Shown here piece after piece: positions 1 through 13,200 of a stretch of 64,000 bases of DNA. The DNA is from Psammoneis japonica (Eukaryota), in assembly GCA_008632985.1 (NCBI GenBank), contig QPGO01000051.1, forward strand, positions 124,001 through 188,000, written 5' to 3'. A program made the translations under genes and the position numbers. The first letter of the stretch is position 1; every line of letters begins with the position of its first letter. The notes beneath the pieces were generated by a model. The model did no database searches, was not told the origin of the DNA, and worked only from the letters and a program-made list of their open reading frames with translations.

Positions 1-143
1 TGTAGGCGGTTGGCTTGCAGCTAATGCAGTAATGGGATACAGCATGTTGGACCATTTGTACTTGAACAAGAACATCACGTCGGATTTGGAACGTTTCTTG
101 TTCATGCTCCTTCGTCGCTCGAACAAGAGGATTTGGCTGTCCG

Positions 144-1541
144 TTACGCCCACCGTTTCAGAGGTCCCCAAAGAAGACGCGAAACAGTCATGAATACAGG
201 ACTGAAATAATAGCCAGGCACGCATATAGGCGATAAAGATAAACAAAGAAACGATTCAGAACATGTAAATTCAACGATTATCAACGATCTATTCACGGGT
301 TTTAAGAACGCCCATGACGACCATCCTCCTCTAGGCAGGACAAAGAGGAATCCTTCTTCACCCAATTCGCTCAACACCGACCGAATGGCGTGCTTTGAAA
401 GAACTACACTCCGTTTCCATTTACCAGCAGCGTTTGCCTCTCGAGCCCTTTTCAGCTTGTTCGTCGGTAAGGCTTTTAGGAAGTCATCATTCAGTATACC
501 CTCACCTAAGTAACGATTGATGAATTCATCCACAAGATCGATTGCGCATGTGCTCCCGGATTCGCCAATGATGTCCGCGAAACTTTGGGCATCCTCCCTA
601 TCTCTGCGTAAACCCCTACGGTCGATTAACTCTATCGATTCCATTGCCGTCTTGAGCCGATCTAGTGAAGGGAGGACGCGGCCATGCTTTCTCAACCGAT
701 TCTTGGATATCTTTGTATCGAGAAGTGCCTTTGCAGTCAGTTCATCCAGCCTCTCATCATTAAATTTCGGACTAAACTCCTTGAGTACAGTATTAATACA
801 TGCAAGGTAGCTACATGATGCCTCATCCAAATCTGCAGGGAACGGTGTCCTCTCGTTGCACCGGCCGTCCTCGTAGATAAGATCATCGAAACCAAAGTTA
901 AACGGAACGAAGGAATTACTGGACATCTGTATCATCTTGATATTGGGTTTGTCACTCCTTACAGCTGCGAACACTGGTCGAATTTCTTTCAAATTCAGAT
1001 TGTATGCGGTAATCTTTTCCACCACCTTGCCTGTATCGTCAAAGGCCACAATCTGGAAATCCGCTTTGCCTGAAATGATTCCTTCTGCTCCCACAGACAT
1101 GACGGGAGGATCAAATGTGATTGTCATTGAATTGGCATTTGGGCGGCACTTGTTTTGTTGTACAAATGCATCATTTGGAAGTGAACCGAATGTCGCATCG
1201 TCGAGGTGCGTTCTTGCGCAGACTTGACACGCTCCGGGCACATCAAAGGTGACTCCAGGGAACTGGTTTGAAATGATGTCTCCATCGCATCTAATTCCTC
1301 CACCCTTGAGGTCATCAAAGTCAAGTGTGGTTGCACAGCTACCGAAATCGCCACGAGTCAAAGGTTTAGCTGTCGCTCCTCCAGCACTATTGACATCTGC
1401 TGCCTGCGAAGGAAAAAGAGCCGCCCCCGTCGCCTCTGCAAAGAGCGGATTACCAAGGGCATCAAGCTCCTCTGCATTCACAAACCAAACCTGTCTTGCT
1501 AAGACTAGCGCAACACCGACAAGGCGCCTGCGGAAGATCAT
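144..1541 (-). CDS. Secreted hypothetical protein; N-terminal beta-rich domain and helical C-terminal half
   Basis: 465-aa ORF with hydrophobic N-terminus (LVGVALVLA). The TTLDFDDL...IISNQFPGVTF...ITFDPPV...FGFDDL segment resembles bacterial extracellular domains. The 3' end may be spliced. Confidence 0.5.
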   Translation of the reverse strand: MIFRRRLVGVALVLARQVWFVNAEELDALGNPLFAEATGAALFPSQAADVNSAGGATAKPLTRGDFGSCATTLDFDDLKGGGIRCDGDIISNQFPGVTFDVPGACQVCARTHLDDATFGSLPNDAFVQQNKCRPNANSMTITFDPPVMSVGAEGIISGKADFQIVAFDDTGKVVEKITAYNLNLKEIRPVFAAVRSDKPNIKMIQMSSNSFVPFNFGFDDLIYEDGRCNERTPFPADLDEASCSYLACINTVLKEFSPKFNDERLDELTAKALLDTKISKNRLRKHGRVLPSLDRLKTAMESIELIDRRGLRRDREDAQSFADIIGESGSTCAIDLVDEFINRYLGEGILNDDFLKALPTNKLKRAREANAAGKWKRSVVLSKHAIRSVLSELGEEGFLFVLPRGGWSSWAFLKPVNRSLIIVEFTCSESFLCLSLSPICVPGYYFSPVFMTVSRLLWGPLKRWA

Positions 1542-1845
1542 CTTGTTTGTGCAAAGAGAGTGTCATCGCGGTCTCCCTCTTCCTATGCCGTGCCGTGAAT
1601 CCGCAAATTGTGACCTCAATTTTTCACAGCGCCGCAGAAACATTTATTGTGACATCACACAAGTCATTAGTTCGCTTTTAAATGTTTGGTCGTGGTCCGC
1701 GATCAAAAGATTTTGAGTCGTGCGAATCATCAAGGACTCGCAAACCTTGAACCCGGAAGTGCGATAGGCAGGATAAAAAAAATCTTTCATGACAATGACA
1801 TCAATGACAATACGCGTACTGTAAGAGAAAACACACCGCAGAAGA

Positions 1846-4328
1846 ATGAGTGAGCCCGTCCCGTCATCCTCAGCAATGCTCAGTCCTAATGTGTCCGAAG
1901 CTCTAAACCTCAAGGCCGCAGGGAATACGCTTCTGGCTGCAGGAGACTACTCTGGAGCGATTGATTCATACTCTGAAGCGCTGAAGCTCATACCAGCAGC
2001 GTCTTCTGGTACATCAGACGTCGGAGAAGAGCCGTCACTCCGGTCCATCCTCCTCTCTAATCGAAGTCATGCATATCTCTCATCTGGTCGCGTGGATAAG
2101 GCCTTGGAAGACGCTGAAAGTTGTATCGCGATGGAACCTACATGGCCTAAGGCTCATATCCGACGCGCAACGGCGTTGCAGAAGAAGGGCAACCGGTACA
2201 GACGGAACGCGCTCGATGCTTACGACGACGCCCTTGCTGCGGCGAAGCTCTGTAAGAGTAGCAGTGGTACAAGCATGACAATTAAGGATATCAAGAAAGC
2301 TCGAAAACAGTGTAAACATGACCTTCGAGAGACTGGTTCCTCCCAACTATCCAAAGAGGTGGAGAGGTTTGGCTGTTTACTGGCAGTTCCAGAGAGTGCG
2401 AGCATTACTGAAAGTCGCTGTTTGGCGGCTACGCTTTGCCCTGCCACTTATGATGGTGTGGATGATCGGACAAACACACCCATCCATGCTACCTTCCCCG
2501 GAGAAGCGGCTGGATGGCCCATGTTTGTACCCACCATCACTTACAAGGCTACACAGGAACGACACACATTTCCACTGTGTTACTACATCATTGGGCCTTG
2601 CATTCTTACAAGGGCGTGTAGCAAGGAAATAGATGACATTTTTCGGCCCTCGCCGAATCACGCATGTCGTTGGCCAGGTGGCGAATCGACGCGAACCTGT
2701 CCCTTCTGTGCTGGAGCTTGCGTTCCGGGTCGAGGAGGAGAAACCTTTACCATGGTAGTGCACTTACTTATGGGCACGGCAAATCGTGGGTATGGTAATA
2801 AGTTGATGATGCAACTAGTGTGCGAACGTGTACACGAAAAAGACTCCTCAGGGCCAAACATCGAGATGACGGTATTGGCGACGAGCGAGCTAAGGAGATG
2901 CAGATGTTCTTCGATAACGGAAGGTCGGGAGGAGAATCTGGTGTGGATCCCATGTCCCGACACCGCATGCTTACAGACGGTAGTCATGCTATAAAGACGT
3001 CTTCACTTTGGAACCGAGCTTCTAATACGGGTCTCATATCGAGTATCACAATCCACGCAACGGATCGGTTCCAGAGAATGCTGGCTTTAGGTGGCCTTGC
3101 AGTGAAGAAGGAGCATAACACAGGAGCACGAAACAGTGTGGCTGAAGCCAAGGGCACAGAAACATTCTTTGATGACTGGATGGCAAGACTGGATGAACGC
3201 GCGATTCATATTGATTATGAGGACACTTCGTTTGGTGACGGGACATCGGCTATCAACTATTCCGCCCACATCAAGAATCAAATGTCCCGCCCGGATTGCG
3301 GCTGCTCTGTAGGCAATCAGCAATTTCATATTCGCCAAGTCGCAAGGATCAAGGATCTACGCCACGCACTGAATCGCTTCTGGGATCGACACGGTGCTGA
3401 TTTCCGCTTGCAATGGTCGACTTGGGACACCGAAGAGCAACAGTCTTTTGCCTTTGAGACGGGCCGTGTCTTTGTGGAATCTCGTGTGGAGCACTACAAT
3501 CGTCGTCACACGCAGTATCATCATGTGCAGGATCCCCGTTTGCTCGTGAACAAGCCCTTGGGTAACATTCCAAAGGATAAGTTATCATTCCTCCCAGAGC
3601 TGACGGACTCGGCAAAATTGGACAAAGAGTGCGACCTGCTGCAGTTGTTTCGAGACCGCATCACGTGCTCGAAGACATGGGTGGCCGAGGATGTGGCTCT
3701 GGTTGCCAAACTCAAGAATGAGGATCTTCTCCCGAAGCTCCAATACAACGAGAAAGACGGTAGCTACCTCTGCGACTACATGGGGCTAGAAGATCCAAGC
3801 ATTGGACCCTTTGTTGTTCTGGTTGGAGAAAGAGAGGCAGAGTACAATTCCACTGGAAAGATGTCTGACGAAAGGTTCATGCACCCTGAACAAGTTGTAA
3901 AACTTGCCGAGTATCGCAGCTTGCAAGAACCATTTCTAGAGAACATCACCATACTGAACGCAGCCGCCGATGGTCCAGTACGAAGCGCTCTGAATAATCT
4001 CCTGAGCAGTGGTGCTGCCACGTGTTCTGTGTCCTACATCTACGCCGCTTTGAGACAAATGTTGCTGCTAGAATATCTCCAGACCGCAGCGGAGCACTAT
4101 TGTGTCTATGCCGGAAAAGACGACCAACTAGAAATGGAACGCTGGAACTATCAAGGAACGGCGGGATGCTTCGTTTGTGCTGCCCGGACAAAACCGGATG
4201 GCAGCAAACTTCTCTGCTGCAGCAAATGCCGCAGTGTCAGTTATTGCAGTCCAGAGTGTCAAAAGAAGGATTGGAAGAGACACAAGGTAAGCTGCTGTAT
4301 CCAACTCAATCGGCGTCTACATGGTTAA
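1846..4328 (+). CDS. TPR-repeat + MYND zinc-finger protein, split by a frameshift near 2822
   Basis: TPR motifs (LKAAGNTLLAAGDYSGAIDSYSEAL; SNRSHAY; WPKAHIRRA) and a C-terminal MYND finger (CFVC...CSKCRSVSYCSPECQKKDWKRHKVSC). Adding one base near 2822 joins the two ORFs and gives LVCRTC, pairing with the upstream CPFC. Confidence 0.75.
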
Positions 4329-5365
4329 ATCCGAAAGGCTCTCACATTTGGATTGTGTGTTTTTCTTGCCTCCTTGTAACCTTCGCTCGGGCCATTAAAG
4401 GCCGAGTCATGCGTCACCAGCCCGAATTTTGTATCAAGGGACGGTCAACCCAAACCACCGGAACAAAAGAGGTCGCAAATTCAAAAGAAACTGAAAAGTA
4501 AAAAGAAGGGCAAGAAGAAAGGTAAGGGGAAGCGAAACTAGTATTGAGGAAGGCGGCGGCGTAGGAATAGCAAAGAATTTATCATAGGCCTTGTACATGT
4601 GTATTCAGAACTCACCTGTAGTACATGCCGACGCTTTGTTGTGACGCCAACAAACAAAGTCAGAGCCTCGGGATATTCATTTACTAATGGGCATCGCCAA
4701 CACAGCACATACAGGCGGCGGCACGGCTCATAAGCAAGTTTTTGAGTTCGGTCGCAATAAAAGGAGATGCGCCGTTTCCTGTTGCTTGACTTCCCCTAAA
4801 GACAAAGCTGCTCTCTAGAGTAGAGAGGAGAGCGACCTCTAGCTAGCACTTTATTCTTAAGGCCCTCTAGCGCGCTTCTGTTCCTACGCAGGGACATTGT
4901 TGTGGCCTCGCCGCACCTCTCTAGCTAGAAGTAGAATAGAATCATGTCAGTATAACCGTCGCACGTAACTCTTGCTTTGTTTAGTAGTTTTTACTTTTCG
5001 ATCCTGGAGCTGCCATGAATCAATCTTCTGTACCCTCTTGAGAAGAGCTCAAGGTAGAGCTTGGTCTGAAATAGAGCTGCGCTTCGCACAAACCGACAAG
5101 GAGAAGGGAACTTTCTCTGATGCGAGCAAAACAAACGGGTAGAACGGGTGCAAGTGAGTGCTACACCATCAGCAACTCTGTAGCGTGGACTAGAAAAAGC
5201 AACCGTACTTGAATCGTTCATTGCAAATTTGCTAAAGGAAGTGAACTGTTATTCTGATAATAATACACTTATCACAATCTTACAATCACCACACCACAGC
5301 GAGGACAACGTCAAGAGAAAGTTCCACGCAAGACAGCTTGGCGCCAACTCGTTACAAAATGCCAA

Positions 5366-6121
5366 TCAGTGACCCATCAATATCTTGATACAAGCAGTGG
5401 TACTCTCCTTGATAGATGGATTATCAGGGAAGTTATACTTTGCTTCGGATAGCACCGTCAAGGCCTTGCAGGCATTCGCCGCGTCAACATAATTCTTCGT
5501 ATCCTTCTCGCTCGTCAAGAGCCTCACAAGCAAAACGGAGCCATCCCATTGCATTTCCTCATCTTTGACGAATCTCTTCATTCGTTCAACAGCTAATGGA
5601 ATCACCCCAGCTTCAAATAATTTGACCTTGAAGTTGTCATCATTGAACGCAAGCATCCCCAACAGGCCGCAAGCGATGGTACAGCAGCCAGCGTGGTCCG
5701 CAAAGTAGTGCATGATCTTGACAATGGTGTCAACGATGACCTTTGGAGTCTTGCGCAAATGTTCAGCACTTGTGAGCGCAAGAGCCTCTAGAACCTCAAG
5801 ACTTGTGTAGACGAACTTGTGACGATCGTTGTCGCCAAGAGACTTTTCAAGATTCTTCAGCACGATGACATGCCCGGCGGTTTCGACAACTCTTTTGCAA
5901 TTCGCTTCTGCATCTGCAAAGTCATCACTCCACAAGTCTTCCCAAACAAGCTGCTCAATCGAGCGCTCTTCTTCTTCATCTGAGATTTCCTTGGATTCTT
6001 CCACGTCGCCTCGACCACCTTGCTCCTCTGCCTTTCGCTTACGATTGTTGGCGCTCCTCACTTCGTTGGGAGCGACATCATCATTGTTGTTTGTGGCCCC
6101 TGCTTCGGCGGCGGTGGACAT
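5366..6121 (-). CDS. Armadillo-repeat-like protein
   Basis: ATG at 6121 (MSTAAEAG...). The ORF-track extension upstream runs into the MITE. ARM-like helices: ACGLLGMLAFNDDNFKVKLFEAGVIPLAVERMKRF. Confidence 0.65.
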   Translation of the reverse strand: MSTAAEAGATNNNDDVAPNEVRSANNRKRKAEEQGGRGDVEESKEISDEEEERSIEQLVWEDLWSDDFADAEANCKRVVETAGHVIVLKNLEKSLGDNDRHKFVYTSLEVLEALALTSAEHLRKTPKVIVDTIVKIMHYFADHAGCCTIACGLLGMLAFNDDNFKVKLFEAGVIPLAVERMKRFVKDEEMQWDGSVLLVRLLTSEKDTKNYVDAANACKALTVLSEAKYNFPDNPSIKESTTACIKILMGH

Positions 6122-6379
6122 GGCATTCAAGGTTTTGTTGCAAAAAGCCAGGGACACACGGCATTTTGTCGCCAATTGCGACATTCCCATAAATGAATTG
6201 GACGATTTGTCGTGAAAAACGCCCTTTGAGACAAATTTCAACCGTTGGCGATAAATAAGACAAAATCATCATTTAATTGGCGATGGCGTGTCCTAAACAC
6301 ACACGTTATATCAACTACAGTGCTATATGATGAATTTAACTTTCGGCGAAGACTGTACTTATTAATTAATGTTTTGGCG

Positions 6380-6600
6380 ATTTTGTCGTACGTACGACAA
6401 ATTTTGTCGGATACGACAAATTTTGTCGGATGTACGACAAATTTTGTCGGACGTACGACAAATTTTGTCGTATCCGACAAACCCCGACAAACCCCGACAA
6501 GCCCCGACAAACCCCGACAAGCCCCGACAAACCCCGACAAACCCCGACAACGTACGACAAACGCCGACAAGAGCCGACAAGAGCCGACAAACGCCGACAG
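6380..6600. repeat. MITE-internal arrays: palindromic CGACAAATTTTGTCG units and 10-bp (A/G)CCCCGACAA tandem repeat
   Basis: Directly visible tandem repeats. Confidence 0.9.
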
Positions 6601-6872
6601 ACGGACGTTTGCGACATACCGATAACGCAACGCTCCCCAACATTCAGAAGTGCCCAGTCGTACTGATAAAAGGTACAGTACAGCAATACATACCGGTACA
6701 TTCCGTTGCACTATGTAGAAGTGTTGTTGTCCCGGTATTGACGAGAGTATGGAGACCGCCGAGAGCGGCATGATCGTCGCTTTGCATCATCGCGCAAAAG
6801 AGACATACCGGTAGTGTCAACGGAGACGTTAGCGGTTAGCGTGTGCGGGGGGCGTGGGTGTTTCGTTCGTGA

Positions 6873-6985
6873 GTCGTCGTGTCGTGACGTGTCGTGTCGT
6901 GTCGTGTCGTGTCGTGTCTTGTCGTGTCGTGTCGTGTCGTGTCGTGTCGTGTCTTGTCGTGTCGTGTCGTGTCGTGTCTTGTCGG
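6873..6985. repeat. (GTCGT)n pentanucleotide microsatellite inside the MITE
   Basis: About 20 GTCGT/GTCTT units; a shorter inverse array occurs in copy B (~37140-37205). Confidence 0.9.
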
Positions 6986-7289
6986 ATGCCGACAAATTTT
7001 GTCGTATACGACAAATTTTGTCGGATGAATTTTCGTCGATGACATCGATCGCCAAATTCTGTTAATTACCCCACTTATTGAAACGACATCGCCAAAGTTC
7101 AGGTTGGTTATAAATGACATTAATCATTTCATAACTTAATTAAACAATGTTTCTGTCCCGTTTATCGCCAACCCGGACATTTTGTCGCAATTCGCGTCTG
7201 TTCGCGACAAATCATCAATTCATTTAAGAAAATGTCGCCAAATGCGACAAAATGCCGTGTGTCCCAGTGCAAAAATAGTGTGCAGTTTT

Positions 7290-10200
7290 GCGGGGAGCGG
7301 GGAACCTTCGAGAGATTTTCGAGCGAAGAAGATCTTTCCTCGTCAGTCGACAGATCAGATGATTTCGAGCAAACCCAACACGTCGCAGCCAGCAAGCAGA
7401 TGAATGGCGACAGTGCCACCAGTTTCCTGTGTCGCTTCATTTTGCACTCAAATCTCATCGGAGCTGATGTTGCTTCTGACACAGAAAAGACACGTTTGTC
7501 GCCGCGTGACGAATTAATTCCCGGTTCATTGCACGTCTTTTCATTGATGCGATTTGCTTGCCCATCCTTCGCTCTTTGTGCTGTCTCTGCCATGGTGAAA
7601 TGTGCCTCCCGATTTGAAGCACTCATTGTTCCACATGTGGCCTTGATCTTTGATTTTGCCACTGCGACCCAGTTTTGACCATCACCGCACATGGGACATG
7701 GGCCAATTGTCAAACTGATTCAAGAATTTAGGAAGAGCCCAATGAGAGGTGTGAGAGACATGAGAGGCAGCAGAAGCAGGCATTGAAGCAGCTGCTGAAA
7801 CAGAAGGGGAGTGTGGGATGGAGAGGCAGCAAAGGGTGGGTCAACCACAGCAACATCGGGGGTGCCGAAAGAGCTCTCACGGCAGTTGTCAACACACAGA
7901 AGAAAGTTGTTAAAGGAGAGAAGGGAGGTGGGAACCTGAAATGCAAAAGGGAAAGTTCAAGGAGGTTCGCCATCAGCTTCATGGTCACAGAGGCGTGCAC
8001 AAATGGAAAAGGCAAGAGCTGGGGATGGCATGCAAACAACAGTGCAAGCAACAAGTGCCAGGAAGGGAAAGAACAATGGGCTGAAAATGGCACCAAGATT
8101 GTGGAAGAAGCTGCAAACTGGAGGGGGGGGCAGGGAAAGGATGAGAGCCTGGGGGGAGCAGGGATGGGGTGAAGCATCAAAGACAAACCAGGAAAAATGG
8201 GCTGACAGTGGAAGGGTCACAAACGGAGAAAGACAGGGAGCAGAAAGAAGGCCCGGGTGAATGTGGCAATCAGAGAAAGGGTGGTGCAATGCCAAGTGAG
8301 GTCTGGCAAGCCCATGTTGGAGAGAGATCAGCACAGCAGAGGCAGAGGTGTGAGAGGCAGTGAGTTTTGAGGACATCAGGTCTGAGCAGAGTTGAAGGGT
8401 GGGGTGCAGGAATGCAGCCACAGTGGTGACAGGGCACACTGAAGAGAGAAGGTGGAAGGTTGTCAGGGTGGCAGAGAAGCTGGGGGGTGTTCGTTGATGG
8501 CAGTCAGCAAAGTGATTCACAGAAAAGGAGTTGGCAGCATGGCAGACCAAATGAGAAGAGGCGTCAATGGAATTGTCAGGAGCATCAATGGCAAGATTGT
8601 CAAGAAGAGAGTCAGAAGCAGGATTGTCAAAAATCAAGTTGGCAGGATCAACAAAAAAAAGGTTGGCATGATCGTCAAGAGAAATGTCATCCACAGCAAA
8701 GAAGCACTCAGCAAAAAGAGAGCTGGTGGGTGTGAGGTCAGAGACTGTGTTGAGGGCACACTGCTGGCTTTCAATCCAGCCAAGAGTGACACACCAGGCA
8801 GTGACCAGCGCAACTGCAGATGGCAATGATGTGGCCATGAAGGAGGAAGAAAGCAAACAGGTGGCTGCAGAGCTTGACAACAGGGAGCATTGAAGAAGAG
8901 CAAAAGGCATTTGAGGGTCTGGGGGGAAGCAGGGACAATGGCATTGGGAAGATTGAAAGGGGTCACAGAAGGAAGGGCAGTGAAGGAGGGGACAGCAACC
9001 ACACAAAAAGGCTTGTGGCACAAAGGACATTGAAATGATCACAACATTGATTGCAAACGATCACCAGATCTGAGAAATGATGATTGCAATTTGCGTTTGC
9101 TGTGCACGTTCAATCAAATTGCATGTGCTGTCATCACAAGACACGCTCCAGCTCCAGGTGAGACCTTGCACTGCTGCACTTTGACATCAAGAACTTTTGG
9201 ATTGCACTGCATGTCGCGCACACAGATGGCTGTGTGTGATGTTCTACAAAATTGTTTCACACTCCCTGTTTTGCAAAGCCAAATGCTTTCTGTTTTCAAC
9301 ATTTGTGAGAATGAAAGTGTGCAGGGCACATTCTTCAATGTCTGCAGAACACACCCAGACAAATTGTCAATGATGCACATCAAGTGTGAAGGAGGAGATT
9401 GGTGCACAAAATTGCCTCTTTTTCTGTTGGCAGTCATTCACATTTTCATTGCTCAACAAATTTGCTGTGGAGCTCACACATGGAATTCTGTGGGCCCAAC
9501 ATCACACGGAGTCTTGCCTGGGGCTGGAACCCATCTTGCACAACTTGCTTTTTTCCATGCACCACATGAGGGGTGTGGTTGCCACCCTTCTCATGGGAAG
9601 TTCGTTTGCCCAGCTTCTCATTTGCCTTTTTAACCAACCATTTCAAAGTCATCAATCCACGTGTCTTTCTCAGTCACGCCATCATGGAAACATGGCCAAT
9701 TGATGCTCTGAAGAAAGGAAACCAGAAAGTCTTCCAAGTTTGCTCACCCAGAAGCTCTGCTGAAGCCAAAGGACAGAGTTCTGAAGAGGTTCCTTCCAAG
9801 CAATTCATCAAGAGTTGTGTGTCGGGGCTTGCCTGTGTTCAGAGCAAATGAGAAAACAAAGGAAGCAAGAAAGGGAGTGGAGCTTTGGCACAATGCATCC
9901 TGTGTGTGACTCTGAGACACACTGGTGCTGCTCTGGCTGTCAACAATGGCATTGTTGCGATGGCCACCTTCCAGAAAGTGCTGGTGGGGTCCCATGCTTT
10001 CAAGATTTGTCAATGCGCCGTGATGGGAAAACAGGGATTGACCAATCGCTGGTGTGCGCACTTGCTTCATGCACTGCCACCCATCCATTGTGAACCAGGG
10101 ACAGCACCATGTGATTGCAGCAGTGAACAATGTCATCTGGGAATGTCATCTTGTTGATGAGAGACGTGTGGCGCTTGCATTGATGCTTCAACAATTGGAG

Positions 10201-13200
10201 CCGAGACGTTGTTGGTTCAAACTTTTCACTCTTGTTCACTTGTCTGCAACTGACCTCAGGATCATCATTGCTGGAGGCTGTTTTGATGGCCCAACTCTCG
10301 CCATTGAAATTCCCATTTTTTTGAATCACAGAATGTGCAATTTTTGATGCCAGTTTAGACCCACATGCAAAATCCAGCATTGGCGACATGCCGGCAATTT
10401 TTTACATGCTTTTTGCACCAGAGAAACTGCTGCTTTCTTCCTTTCCACTTTTTTGCCATTTCCTTTCACAGATCACTTTTTCAGTCACTTTTTTTTCTGC
10501 CCATCTCCACACCGCATTGACTTTGTTTGATCATTTTGGTCAGACTGACCCGCGACAGAGAGATTGAACTTTGCCATGTTTGTCGTTGCTCGTCGTGCCA
10601 CTGCCAGTGTGATCATGATGATCCGCGCTGGCTTTCTGAGCACACAGCAGGCCAAATTTCTAGCCAACAAGAATGTGGAATTTGACTGCAGTCTGGGCTG
10701 GCTTGTCTTGACCATGGCACACCTGACAGCTTTTGTCAGCCTTTTCAATTTCTTCTTGCTGGTGTGGCTCTGTGCAACACATGAAAGTCTTGGTTGGATG
10801 TTTGCTTGTCAATTCCTAAACTGGAGCCCCAAGAACAAGACGGTGCACCAACAGCACCGCCAGGCACAACAGAAGGATTGTTCCAAAATTGTCCATGATC
10901 GTGCCAAAACCAAGAGCCGTTTGGTCATTCCCATCGTGTCGAGAGGACTCCACCCTCAATTGCTTGAAAACACAGGAGTGATTGTTGCTTGAGATGTGCT
11001 CAGGGCTTGTCTTCCTCATGACCAATGGTCTGTTGAAGTTGTGATTGACACCAAGTTTGGTGCCTTTGCGGCTGACAAGAGTGACAAGAATGTTCACATC
11101 CTGCAGGTGTCCAAATCACACAAGACCAAACAAGGCGACACTTGCAGCATGCCAGCGCACAAGCAAGCCCGAGCCACCACAATGATTGGGTGGTGCATCC
11201 AGACGAAGAGACCAAGTTTGACAACAACTGTTTGAAAAAGATGCTGCACTGTGTTGCACTGGAACAGGAGCAAGTCGATGCACGCATCAAAAAGTGTGGA
11301 AACATTGTGCAGGGTGGCATCTTGCTTGGTCCAAGCAGAGCAGAGAATCAATTCATCACCATGATGGAGTGCATGCATCCTGGCATTGACCAGGCTCAGA
11401 TTTGGTTTCAGTTTGGGAGCTGCATCATTGTCCCCAATGTGGTCAAGCAAGACGTTGGCTGGGACAATGGCCATGCCAGGTCCATTTTGGAAGACACATG
11501 CTTTGGACTGCATTCCACCTGCATGGGCATTGGGTTCTCGTGATTGTTTGTCAAAATGCATGAGCCACCCATGTTCTTGCTGTTTCCTCCAGCAGGAGAG
11601 ATGGGCCACGGGAACCTTCTTGTGGCTTTTGGCTTGCTCTGAATTTCCCCTCTCTGGTGACACCCGTGCATTGGAGCACACAGGTTGTCCAGATGTACTT
11701 TGGATGGACGTTTGCATTGATCAGCATGGCTTTGGACATTGTCCCAGTCCACAAGCTCCTGGACACTGCAACCGGGGTGCACATGAAGGCTCTTTGGGAC
11801 ATTTCACTCACCTTGCATCTGCTTGCATGCATTGTTGGCTTCAATGCAACGCACTCCCTGCAGAACGTTGGCTCCTGGTCTTGCTGCATGCAATTGGTTG
11901 TGCATCAGATGTTGGCCATTCCTGTGGCGGGACTTCTCCTGGAGTGCCTTGCTCCTGTCATGGCCTTGTTGAAGTTTCCATTTCTTTGCCTGGGCATTGC
12001 CAAAGGAGGCTTTTATCTTGTTGAAAAAGAATGTGGCAGTGGTGAAGAATCAACAACCCCTTTTGCAACAAAAAAGATTGATCAGTGTGCTGTGTCTTTG
12101 CGCAGCATGCATGTGCATTTCGAGTCAACCAGCAAAAAGGTTGCATCAGATGTTCATTTTGTTGGGATCTGGCAGCATTGGCTGCCACAATCAGCAAAAA
12201 AGCAGCGCTGTGTGGCCCAAATGTTGAGTCTTGAATTTATGTCAAAAACTCAACATCGCCAGCCACACAACCAGACTCTGCACGTGGTTGCACGCTGTGA
12301 GACTCCTCATTGCCAGCACAGCAGGGGGCAACAAACAACTCTTCTGCAGAGAGCTGTCTGTGGAGTTCATCATCATTTGAAAGTTGGAGTTTCCATTTTT
12401 GTCTTGTGTTGGCTGAAATGGAGGAGCAGACTTGCTGGCTTAAGTTGTGTCTTCTGGACAATGCAAATGTGGGTGCCACCAGCTGGAATGATGTGGATTG
12501 GAGCAGCCACAGTTGCGCGCAAACAGCTTGATTAAAATTGGCAATTTAGTCTGTTGTTGATTTTAACATGTGTGTCCATGTGGAACACCATTGTCCCAGC
12601 TTCATCCTCTGGCACGGGCCGGGAGCAATGGGGTTCTGATCAAAGCTTCCTTGAAAAGGAAAGTGAAAGGGAAACAATGGTGCATTCACGGTGAGACCAA
12701 GTTCCCACCACAGTGTGGAGTTCTTCACCTGCTGCTCTCACTGCTCCACACTCAAGAACAGGTTTTTGATTTCCTGCTTTCCCCTGGTCAGACATGATGC
12801 TGCAAACCTCTTTTGAGAACACCCAAGGAGAAAGCAGCTCACAAAAGAGTGCACTGGTGCATCCTGTGGAGGAAGTTGCACACCATTGTGACTGCATCAT
12901 CAACTGCTGCTCTGAGTCAGATGGCCAGCCAAACAATGATGGCATCTGAAGAATTTCTCAAGGGTGGCAATGCACAATGCAAACAATGCAGCAGACTGCT
13001 TGCCTCAATGTGTGCATCCACAACTGACATGTCAAAGTTCGTTGGCACCCCAGCTTTGCTGATTTCCATGTCAACAGCAATCTTTCACACTGCAGAGTTG
13101 TTGCACAGCCAGAAACTGTGTGGAATTTTGTCTCCATCAAAAATGGACTTGACTGCAAACTGATCAGAAGCACTTCAGACAAACACGCTGCATTTGCAAC

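Larger units (their letters stand above)
6152..7264. mobile_element. Non-autonomous DNA transposon (MITE), PIF/Harbinger-like, copy A (TpA intact)
   Basis: TIR GGACACACGGCATTTTGTCGC...GCGACAAAATGCCGTGTGTCC; 3-bp TSD CAG at 6149-6151 and 7265-7267; no credible ORF; inverted second copy at 36852-37951. Confidence 0.85.

Noticed and set aside
6380..6600. CRISPR-like appearance of the palindromic repeats
   Set aside because: No unique spacers, no cas genes, and a eukaryotic context.
6238..7120. Many overlapping ORFs (DKPRQ/TRHD repeats), also at 36979-37865
   Set aside because: They are translations of MITE tandem repeats, open in several frames, and not genes.
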